Of a stretch of DNA of 64,000 bases, positions 1 to 26,293 are shown one piece after another. Source of the DNA: Setoptus koraiensis (Eukaryota > Animalia > Arthropoda); contig CM106585.1 of the NCBI GenBank assembly GCA_048013815.1, forward strand, positions 20,956,001 through 21,020,000, written 5' to 3'. How positions within the stretch are numbered: the stretch's first letter is position 1; every line of letters starts with the position of its first letter. Made by a program: the position numbers and the translations under genes. The notes beneath the pieces are model-generated. The model was given only the letters and a program-made list of their open reading frames with translations, did not search any database and was not told the origin of the DNA.

Positions 1-1104
1 AGAGGAGGCAAAAATTGACTGTCAGTGCTGTTGTTTTAGTCGCCAGTCAGCTGATTAGTGTGTCAGCTGACTGGTGACAGCCAGCAAAATACACCGGTGA
101 CACAATTACATAACTAGCTGCAAGTGGCCGAAACGTCACGCCAAATGTCACGCACACGCACACCCACACCGTCTTGCAGGCCGGCTGTAAGCCGGGCGTC
201 AGTGAGAGCCGCTGCCGCTGCCGCTGCATTTATGCCGCCGCTGATGAGCCGCATAATTTATACTTTGCGCGCCCCCTCCCACGCCAATGGATATCCGACT
301 CTTTAGTGCGACAAACACACACACACACACCAACTGGATATTACGTGCAACTAGATAACTGTACAACTGCACAACTGTACTGGATAACTGCACAACTGTA
401 CAACTGGATAACTGGATCCGTGCACAAATGATATTTGCATTCGGATCGGAACGGATCGGATCGGTTCGCATAATATCGCGCAGTGTGTGACAGCGATGAT
501 AGATTATAATTAAAAGGGGGCCCAGCGGCACGGCTCGCGTTGTCATGATGCAAATTATTTCGGCTCGCTGCACAGCTCAAATGGCTGAAATGGTCTGGCC
601 GTCTCGCCGTGAGACGATGCGGCCCGTCGGACGCGGCGGCGCCGGCGCCAGATCGCATGGCCGCTCGATCACACTGCACATAATTATCATAATTTTCACC
701 ATTAATTGATAATAATCGCCCCCTGTCCATGCGCGCAGTCCCGTTCGTAATTACACACCCGCACACGGTGAATTTGATTTGGCCCCATTCAAAATGTGCG
801 CCCGTCTCGCGCCAAAATGCGGGCCCGTCTCGCGCCATCGACCAACCTGCTGCTGCCTGTTATGCAATAATCCTGTTATGCAATAGTCGTGCTATTACAT
901 AACTATTCATGCCGCTGTTATAAGTACTATTCTTGACTAACGGTTATTTTGTCGCCCCCCCCCCTCCCCCGCTCCTTTGCTGCTGATTGGCCCCGTTGTT
1001 GGACGGCATCAACCAACGATTGGCTGCTGATACCGACTAATCCATCAACTATTCATCGCTCATCACATGGGATAATAACGGATAATTGCGGACTACGAGC
1101 GTAG

Positions 1105-18167
<17,063 letters not shown>

Positions 18168-18442
18168 ACTCTAGATTACAACTTGGCCATTAGTACATGT
18201 ACTTTGTAAGGAATGTGTTTTTTTTTCAATTGTATAATGTTCGACGTATTCGTAAAAATTGCACCGATGGTACCGACGAAGCGTTCATGTACTGATAAAA
18301 AAACTCGCATTAGTTTGAAGACATTTGCTCTTCAAATTAATACGACCTTCTTCTAACAATGTAATAATAATAATAATGTAATCTCTCTGCTAGTAATTCA
18401 AACCGCTTGAAATCCGTTTTAGAAGCGACTCCTAAGAATCAG

Positions 18443-18448
18443 AATAAA
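18443..18448 (+). terminator. Candidate polyadenylation signal AATAAA for the 5-HT1 gene
   Basis: First AATAAA I noticed, about 275 nt after the stop codon; no transcript evidence. Confidence 0.25.
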
Positions 18449-19667
18449 ACCTGATCTGCCAATTGTTCATCTCTGGTGCATCCTTTGCAGACAAATTCTT
18501 TCCACCCATCGCCCATTTCTTAGCGTAACTTTTGCGTGAAATACTGCGCCCAGTGAAGTAAGGATTTACAACGAAGAGTATGTGCTAAAAGGCATATAAC
18601 TTATATGATATAAGTCTCCGAATGTGTGTTCTGGTGTGTAGTCTCATCGATGTTTCTCGCTTACGATACCGAGAGGTGGAAAAGTAAGAAAGGTGCCAAA
18701 AATTCCTCCGATCTCAGATTTGTATGGGATCATTAACGAGCACCAGCAGAAATAGTGGCCTTCATGTGCCCTGCAAACTCCGTATTAACAAGTCATTGAA
18801 TTTCATATACATTTTTGAGGTACACAATTAAAGATGTTACGAAAATGAAAGACTCGTCAATGTTTCAAATACCAATGATAGGGTGTTCACGAATGTGATC
18901 ACGCTGAATGACGATTCGAACTTACTCAATATCATTGCTTTCGTGTCCGAATACATATCTATTTTGATCTTGTTTCCTTCTCAGTACTCTTATGTGGTAC
19001 AAGCTAGCGTAAAAATAGAATTTCATGTACCATCTGACTGTTTCTGCTTGATATTTTGAACGTCATGCCAAAGTTATCAAACGACTAAGCAAGCATATTC
19101 TGGGGCCATACATGATGTCTGTATCCTTGTCAACTTGGTTGCTTACTGCATCGTTTCCGGCCATTCAGAAGCGCCGAAAGTTTGCCGTTGACGACGATTT
19201 TGATCTTGGCTATGTCAACTGGAAATCTGCATTAGGATTTCGTCAAACGCTAAAACTGAAAGTACTGACACAACGGGGTGGTTAATGTTGCGATGTCTCT
19301 ATCTCCCGGCCCACGAGGTGGATGAGTGTACATTCACAGAAAATCATGAGGCAGAGTTAGTTTGAGGAATAGAATATGGTTTTGATCTCAGTTTAGAGCC
19401 GATATCTCTCTAAACGCGCCAATCAATTGCTTGAATGCGCAAGTATGTACCCATTTTAAACAAAGACAAAACAATGTGAAACAGTCGTGGTTGTTCTACA
19501 TGTTTTGAGGAATCAATGGAGTTCGAGATGAAGGAACTGCGCGAAGCCAATGTATAGATAAGTAAACAAGCGTTGCCACAAATAGACTGAGTTTTTGGAT
19601 CGATTGATTACTAAAGCTAAAAAAATCTACTCCCAACTGGCTCAAGTCTGAGCTCGAAACTACAATA

Positions 19668-19677
19668 TTTATTTATT
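19668..19677 (-). terminator. Two overlapping AATAAA polyadenylation signals after the 74-aa ORF
   Basis: The - strand reads GAAAATAAATAAATATT just past the stop. Confidence 0.45.
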
Positions 19678-19697
19678 TTCAGAGAAGTTTTCCATAA

Positions 19698-19922
19698 TCA
19701 AACCAAGGCAATCAAACCATCATTATACGGAATAGCACGATTCACTTCTTTGTTCAAATCTTCCACAAACTGTTGCGATTTTGTGCCTTGTTGACGATGC
19801 AATATCGAGTTCACTTCCGCCAACGTCTGTTTGAGTCCCTTCAATTCGGCTCTGCAATTTTCCAAGTCGGCGTTACATGACACAAAGCAAACGAATGCAA
19901 CGGCCACAATGGCAATGATCAT
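19698..19922 (-). CDS. Putative 74-aa secreted coiled-coil peptide (signal peptide plus about 56-aa mature part), no recognised family
   Basis: True ATG. Hydrophobic MIIAIVAVAFVCFVSCNA with a C-x-A (-3/-1) cleavage site, followed by an amphipathic heptad pattern. Upstream TATAAAA and a double AATAAA about 20-30 nt after the stop are on the same strand. Confidence 0.6.
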   Translation of the reverse strand: MIIAIVAVAFVCFVSCNADLENCRAELKGLKQTLAEVNSILHRQQGTKSQQFVEDLNKEVNRAIPYNDGLIALV

Positions 19923-20082
19923 GGATACTTTGAATGAGATATAAATTGTTGATTAGTTTCGTGTTCTTGCTAACTAACGAGTGATTAGATTTAATTTTAA
20001 TAATAGTTACAATTATGCTGAAGTGTATAAATTTGTATCTTGTCCGAAATCCTTCTGCGATCAGTATGATCAGTCGTTCTGC

Positions 20083-20089
20083 TTTTATA
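20083..20089 (-). promoter_or_regulatory. TATA box (TATAAAA) upstream of the 74-aa secreted ORF
   Basis: The - strand reads GAGTATAAAAGCAG, 160 nt upstream of the ATG at 19922. Confidence 0.45.
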
Positions 20090-20576
20090 CTCACATGCTA
20101 GGTGAGATAGAGCTTGTTCAATGACTATAAATAGTCGAACACAGTTTGAGAAAAACATGACGACCACGTTGCGTGACATTCATTGAGAATTGTTTTTTCA
20201 ATTCCCTCTCTCATCTGTAAATGTTATGCTTACACATTACAATTCGAAATATCTGGTGCCATTCCAATTCGTATTTCTGAAGTATACTAGTTTATCAACG
20301 TGTGGAATCTCGTGTCATAGTGCACAATCAAAACTCGCCATAGAAAACAACTATCAAAATAGAAATCGTTCATGTGATTGACATCAACCGATAGTTTTGT
20401 TCGACGAGTGGAGACTCATCGAAACTCATTGCCAATCCACCAAATCCTAGAAAAGATCTGTACGAGATTTCCACTCATTTCAGATTGTGTATTTGTTTAA
20501 ACTTCTACTGGAAAGCGGTGGATAAATCAAAAAGAGTTTCAACAAATAAACTGAGTTTTTAGTTTCATTCACTAGA

Positions 20577-20621
20577 AAAATTAAGCGCTCTTATGCTGGT
20601 ATGATCAGTATACCTTGTTTT
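20577..20621 (+). mobile_element. Helentron/HINE-type 3' terminus (subTIR + stem-loop + CTTGTT + T-run); matching 5' end not found
   Basis: AAAATTAAGCGCT (20577-20589), hairpin ATGCTGGT-atg-ATCAGTAT, then CCTTGTTTT; same layout as 22851, 30119 and 30527. Confidence 0.6.
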
Positions 20622-20845
20622 TCATCAATCAAGATACCTCCAGACATCATCCTGAAGACTACAAGCAAGATGCGTCAAGCGGTGTAGAAGAGCCTTACCT
20701 CAAGACGTCTCAGCTATATACCCATTAGAAAACCAGCTTTACATCGCTAGTGGTGAAAGTAGTTAGTCCCACCGGGTCGTGATCAGGGCGTGCTACTAGG
20801 AGCCATCGAGGGACCTCTGGTAACGGGATCCGGACGTAGTAAGTA

Positions 20846-21022
20846 TAGAGAGAGAGAGAGACAGAGAGACAGAGACAGAGACAGAGACAGAGACAGAGAC
20901 AGAGACAGAGACAGAGACAGAGACAGAGACAGAGACAGAGACAGAGACAGAGACAGAGACAGAGACAGAGACAGAGACAGAGACAGAGACAGACACAGAC
21001 ACAGACACAGACACAGACACAG
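20846..21022 (+). repeat. Compound microsatellite (AG)n-(ACAGAG)n-(ACACAG)n
   Basis: Direct reading; source of the DRDRDR/LCLCLC/SVSVSV ORFs. Confidence 0.97.
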
Positions 21023-21082
21023 AGGCGCCTCAAGAAACAGCAAGACACATCAAGAAACAGCGAGACACATCAAGAAATAGTG

Positions 21083-21412
21083 AGACAAGTAATACTGATC
21101 AAATCAGTATTTCGAACGCTTAATTTTTTGGATGAACAAGTATGATTAGAATATAGAAGCGAATATGCGATAACATGTCGGACAATTTTGAGTCACGCCC
21201 CCTCCTTAGCACACAGAAAGCTACAGCCTGAATGAGACTTAAGTCGCTCCTACTCCTCAGCACACAGTAAGCTGCAGCTTGATTGAGACTTAAGTAGCTC
21301 CGCTCCCTAATACACAGTGAGCTACAGATATGATCGAGATCTAAGTCTGCCACCTCATCACCATCTAGCTGTTCAAAATTTGTTTACATGTTGTTGCTTC
21401 ACAGTCTCGTGT
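21083..21412 (-). mobile_element. Helentron/HINE-type element, 3' end on the - strand, body running toward the assembly gap; includes about 51-bp x3 tandem repeat at 21200-21350
   Basis: The reverse complement reads AAAAATTAAGCGTTCGAAATACTGATTTGATCAGTATTACTTGT, nearly identical to 22851-22893. The adjacent 21130-21185 matches the module next to the 3' end at 30119. Extent up to the gap is assumed. Confidence 0.55.
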
Positions 21413-21912
21413 NNNNNNNNNNNNNNNNNNNNNNNNNNNNNNNNNNNNNNNNNNNNNNNNNNNNNNNNNNNNNNNNNNNNNNNNNNNNNNNNNNNNNNNN
21501 NNNNNNNNNNNNNNNNNNNNNNNNNNNNNNNNNNNNNNNNNNNNNNNNNNNNNNNNNNNNNNNNNNNNNNNNNNNNNNNNNNNNNNNNNNNNNNNNNNNN
21601 NNNNNNNNNNNNNNNNNNNNNNNNNNNNNNNNNNNNNNNNNNNNNNNNNNNNNNNNNNNNNNNNNNNNNNNNNNNNNNNNNNNNNNNNNNNNNNNNNNNN
21701 NNNNNNNNNNNNNNNNNNNNNNNNNNNNNNNNNNNNNNNNNNNNNNNNNNNNNNNNNNNNNNNNNNNNNNNNNNNNNNNNNNNNNNNNNNNNNNNNNNNN
21801 NNNNNNNNNNNNNNNNNNNNNNNNNNNNNNNNNNNNNNNNNNNNNNNNNNNNNNNNNNNNNNNNNNNNNNNNNNNNNNNNNNNNNNNNNNNNNNNNNNNN
21901 NNNNNNNNNNNN
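21413..21912. other. Assembly gap (500 N)
   Basis: Run of N. Confidence 1.
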
Positions 21913-22896
21913 TTTTTAGCGCTTAATTTTAATTAAGTAGCTATTGGGATGGTTCTGGGCTCTACGTTCATTCACGTGGGTAGAACAGATCAGTGCTTTT
22001 TTTAACTAGAAAAAAACAGCACAAGAAGGCACCTGGAAGCATCTGGTAGGTTTCATCGTTCCAAGTTTACCTAGTTTTTTAGTACACTGAAAGCTAGGAG
22101 GCGGAGTCATTGGAAAACAAATATACAGTGGAAGCTGAGATGCTCACTAGTCAAAATTGAGACGCGAGAACGCTTACTGTTTACGAATTGTAATTAGCAC
22201 TAGAAAAGCTAGAAAGACGAAAACTAGGTAGATTCAGTACAATAGAACGCTTAAATGTTGGCTTATTAAATTTAGCACAGGAAAAGCTAGGAGGTAGAAT
22301 CACTAGAGAACAATTATACAGAGAAGGCTGAGATGTTAACTAGGTTGATCCAGCACAGCAGAAGGCTAGCTGTTGACAATTAGGATCTGGCGCACGGGAA
22401 GCTAGTAGTCATGAAACTAAAAGATCACAGTACGATAGAGGCTACTCAAGTTGACAAGTAATACGCAGCACAATCACACATTGAAATAGCACACAACACA
22501 CGTTGTGCGCCATGGCGTCTTGGTGTATGTATTGAAATTATTTATTGTGGCAAAACTAACCGATGAAACTGCACCAATTTTAGCATGCAGGCAGCAGACA
22601 TGTACATCTATTGATGGTGAAAATTTGAGAAACCTCGATCTATTCTGTGGCACTCTATATATGGTATGAAACGACCAAACGACCAATTTGGATAGCATAC
22701 CGCACACGAGCATCTCAGCGCTACCACTATGTGGTATAGCTGAGATCTCTTGTACTCTTGACTACCAAGTATGCATCAATTCATCGATTGCGAGCGCTAA
22801 CAGTTTGTCATAAACTCCTCCTATACTTTCAACGATAATCGTCAACATGAAAAATTAAGCGCTCGAAATACTGATTTGATCAGTTTTACTTGTTTT
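21913..22896 (+). mobile_element. Non-autonomous Helentron (HINE/DINE-1-like), about 980 bp, both ends present
   Basis: 5' T-run + AGCGCTTAATTTT (21918-21930); inverted copy AAAATTAAGCGCT (22851-22863) followed by stem-loop ACTGAT-ttg-ATCAGT and ACTTGTTTT. Interior has degenerate GCTGAGATGCTCACTAG / AAGCTAG repeats. This asymmetric subTIR + 3' hairpin + T-rich flank layout is the established Helentron/HINE signature. Confidence 0.7.
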
Positions 22897-23602
22897 CTTT
22901 AATTTCGGCTTCTATATATTTCTCTGTAGTATTTTATTTTAATTATACTTTTTCTATTTTGTCTCTTAACTTATTATTTTACAAAAGTCTTATCTTTATT
23001 ACTGTATGTAAATTATATTAGAAAATCTTATATTGAGAGTTTGATTCAAATTCAATTGAAAATATTTTATCTAACTAATGATTCTAATTTATAAAATATT
23101 AATTATTCATTTTTAAAATTAAAAATTTCTTTTTTTTTTGAATAAATGGTAATAACTAAGTCATAATTTTGTGCGGAACTGTGCGGAACCTGCGCGCAGC
23201 ACATTTCATTCCCCCTTTTTCGTTCCGCACATCGTTCCGCACATTCCCCACATCCACCTCACTCTCAACTACATGGGGCTCGTTTGCAAGCTCATAAATT
23301 TAGCCCACATAAGCAACATGCACACAGCTCGGTTGTCCATGGGCTAACAACCTACAGTGGATTATTTTTAACAGCGATCTGTGGCCCGAAATCAGACAAG
23401 CCACCAGGTAGGTGCTATGGTCTTAGTTTCTTCTATGGAACTGAAGGCCGGACGTAACAGCACCTAGAAGTCAGTGCGATGAGATTGATCGAACGCGATA
23501 TTAATAAATAGGTCTGGCTATAGGCCAATGTCAGCCAATGGTAAATGTAAATGTTGTTTATAAGTGCTAAGGCCTCAATTGTCTTGTCCTAATTTAACGA
23601 TT

Positions 23603-24384
23603 AGGTTGATGTAGCGATTAGGTCTTCACTTAGATCTTGATGAAACTTCCGGTGTGGGTCGACCTTGACCCCAATAGAACGGAAAAAGTAGTCCGGAAGT
23701 GCGGAAACTTCCGGTTCCGGTTTTACTTAATTACAATATAAATAAATACAATCCGGATATTACAAGGGTTGGAAGACCGGAAGTGACCAAATTATTGCTC
23801 TGCAGCGCTCGGGGATGAACATGCGGTGTGTCTGAGAACTCGGCCTTCGGCCTCGTATTCTGGAGGCCGGCACATCTCCTTCGTCGCCCAAGCAACGACT
23901 GCGTGCGACGGGAACCCTTCGGGTAGGGTTGATGAGCGCTTCGGGTTTCGGGATTCGCCCTCAGCCCTCCGCTCAGATGACTGCCATCCATGCACGGGTG
24001 TAGCGATCGGCGTGATGACGTGTATAGGCCAGAACAAGAAGAGTACTGAGATGTAATGACTAAAACAAAAGCCAATACATGATGTCGCCCAGTCTATTCA
24101 CAGAATGGGTCCGCTGCTCGCATCCGGCCACACTTCTTGTTTAAATAATCCCCGATATCTCGTGAACCGGAAGTCATGGGAGATCAATTTTGATTTCATC
24201 GTTCTCCGCTAGGTGATATCTACTTGATTATGAGTTTTCAGAGCTCTATCTCGATATTTTTGAATTTCCGGAACCGGAAGTTTCTGCACTTCCGGACCAC
24301 TCAAATCGTGATATGGGGCCTCTATCGAGCCCGTGTGTGAAGTTTAAACGAATTCCGAGTGGAGACCTAATCGCTACAACACCC
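23603..24384. mobile_element. Foldback/MITE-like module copy 1 (long imperfect terminal inverted repeats, CCGGAAGT motifs)
   Basis: The left arm GTAGCGATTAGGTCTTCACT..GATGAAACTT..CCGGAAGTGCGGAAACTTCCGGTTCC is the inverted match of the right arm GGAACCGGAAGTTTCTGCACTTCCGG..AAGTTT..AGTGGAGACCTAATCGCTAC; homologous to 28825-29725. Confidence 0.75.
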
Positions 24385-24660
24385 GTTGAATTTAGCACAT
24401 AGAATGCTGAGCGCGCGAAACACTAACTAGACGCGATTAGCACGCTCAATGCTGAGATGCTCACTAGATGAATAGAACTCACTAGAACAGTAGAAGCTAC
24501 TCAGAATAACTACTGCTTCTCAGCACTGTTAATGCTATTGTAGATAAAACTAGACGAGAGTAGTACGCTCAATGCTGCGATGCTAACTAGATGAATTTAG
24601 CACAGAGGAAGGCTAGCTGCATACAATTCGGATCTATTGAACGACTAAAGACAGATAGAG
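24385..24660 (+). repeat. Fragment of the HINE interior repeat also seen at about 22100-22450
   Basis: Shared AATTTAGCACA, GCTGAGATGCTCACTAG and GAAGGCTAGCTG..ACAATT.GGATCT segments. Confidence 0.6.
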
Positions 24661-24686
24661 GCGAGACGAAACAAAAGATCCACAAG

Positions 24687-24967
24687 CATCCGAAATTTCT
24701 CTCTGTTCCGAAAACGACCTATTGATGGGTGATCATCCTTGCACAGATTGTTGTGAGCAACATGCACAACACACACACCGAGCATCATCAAAACGGATAG
24801 GTGGAAACATGTTCAGATATCACGATATTCACATGACATCCTTCATCCGAAATTTCTCTCTTTGTTTCAGAAACGAGCTATCGATGGATGATCATACTTG
24901 CTCAGATGGTTGTGCGCAACATGCACAACACACACACGGATTATCATCAAAACAGATAGGTGGGAAC
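24687..24967 (+). repeat. Tandem duplication, period about 157 bp
   Basis: CATCCGAAATTTCTCTCT..GATCAT.CTTGC.CAGAT.GTTGTG.GCAACATGCACAACACACACAC..ATCATCAAAAC.GATAGGTGG occurs at 24687 and 24844. Confidence 0.85.
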
Positions 24968-25495
24968 ACCGCTCGGTTGTCTACTGAAGGTATATATTCT
25001 ACGCTGAACTTCTTCTCTTTTACGCTGTCTTTTATGTGATGATATCTGGTATCTATATTTTACGTTCGTTGGTTGAATTGGTTGACTGTGATTATTTTTA
25101 TGGCCGACTGATTGTCGATGTACAGAATTGGTCGTTCTTGGTTCTCATAAATTTCACTCAACAACTGCTGGCTCCAAAGAAGCTCTCGTGATGTCAGGCT
25201 CGCAGCTATGTACTCGGCTTCGGTGCTGCTCAATGCCACGAGTGATTGTTGTCTGGACTTATAAATTTTGGGCCAGCCAGAAAAGTAAATAGCAAGCCCC
25301 GTGATGGATTTTCTGTTTGTACAGTCGGACGCCCAGTCTGAGTATGCGTGAAGCCGTATCTTCCCCCCTTTGCTATAGTCGGATGTGCCTTTGACATAGC
25401 TGAGCAGGTACTTGGCTGCGCTCCAGTGTTTCTGGTACGGCTTTGCATTGTGCCTGGTCAGTACGTTAACGGCGAATGTAATGTCGGCCAACCAA
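24961..25495 (-). mobile_element. Ty1/Copia LTR retrotransposon relic: RT C-terminus + RNase H
   Basis: Translation DITFAVNVL..HWSAAKYLLSYVKGT..YSDWASD..RKSITG..KSRQQSLVALSSTEAEYIAAS..LWSQQLLSEI..ILYIDNQSAI..QRT*NIDTRYHHIKD..VEYIPSVDN matches Copia RNase H motifs (VALSSTEAEY, DNQSAI, KHIDxRYH), with small deletions and a stop in place of K. Confidence 0.92.
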
Positions 25496-25671
25496 GCCAC
25501 CAAATTCGCAATGTCGAACAGTCTATGGCTCTCTAGTAAGCGAAAATTGGCAATTTTATTAGCGCTTAATTTTAATTAAGTAGCTACTGGGGTAGTGATG
25601 ATGGATACGTTTATTCACGTGACTATGTAATCCTATGGAGGTTTGACTAGGTCAAATTTGTGAGGGGTTCG

Positions 25672-26020
25672 GTGGTGACAAATCGACATTCGAAAATTGA
25701 AAATTTGAATTCCTAATGATAGTCTCATCTGCTCGTTCGATGTTCGATGGTCAGAGTTCCGTGGTCAGTGTTCGATGGTGACAATTCGAACTTCGAAATT
25801 CAAAATTGAAATTTCGAATTTGTGATAAGGGTTTCAGCTGCTCGTTCGATGTTCGATGGTCAGAGTTCCGTGGTCAGTGTTCGATGGTCAGAGTTCGATG
25901 GTCAGAGTTCGGTGGTCAGAGTCCGATGGTCACATTTCGAAGTTCGATGGTCACATTTCGAACTTCGCTGGTGACAATTCGAAGTTCGCTGGTGACAATT
26001 CGAAGTTCGCTGGTGACAAA
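25672..26020 (+). repeat. Array of 14- and 21-bp units (GGTCAGAGTTCGAT; GGTCACATTTCGAAGTTCGAT; GGTGACAATTCGAAGTTCGCT)
   Basis: Direct reading of repeated GGT(C/G)A..TTCGA units. Confidence 0.85.
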
Positions 26021-26293
26021 GTGTGCACCATTGACTAATTGGTGTGTCTAACTAAATTACTCATTGTGATAATTTCTTTCTCCCTGTGATTCTTTCTCCT
26101 GTTGGGGACTTGGAGTTGATTTTATAGAGTGAGCTTTCTTGTAGCAAATGATGTAATTTTCTAAATAGGTTCTTAATGATTTCGATCCACCTTGTTTTTC
26201 GGATGGACGAGTATCGTTCGAATGGAGATGTGAGTATGTGAGAACATGTCGGAAATGAACAACTATGCCTGTTAGATCAGAGTAGCCGTAAAG

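Noticed and set aside
20570-20590. CACTAGAAAAA (also at 30520) suggesting CACTA/CMC transposon termini
   Set aside because: No inverted partner ending in TAGTG with a TSD. The string is directly upstream of the subTIR + hairpin and is absent from other copies, which fits Helentron 3' ends better.
22700-22750. tRNA/SINE-like TAGTGGTAGCGC on the - strand
   Set aside because: No B-box or cloverleaf; it is a local hairpin containing the element's internal GCTGAGATGCTC repeat.
23880-23990. Possible hammerhead or HDV-like ribozyme in the foldback core (TGATGAG, CTGAGG..CGAAAC)
   Set aside because: The CUGANGA/GAAA core is incomplete on both strands and not conserved in copy 2; no HDV P3/L3 consensus.
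23826-24056. 76-aa and 69-aa ORFs conserved between the two foldback cores
   Set aside because: Non-ATG starts; of the differences I counted, about 10 are non-synonymous and 6 synonymous; no recognisable domain.
25672-26020. CRISPR-like array
   Set aside because: Units are contiguous without unique spacers, the context is eukaryotic and there are no cas genes.
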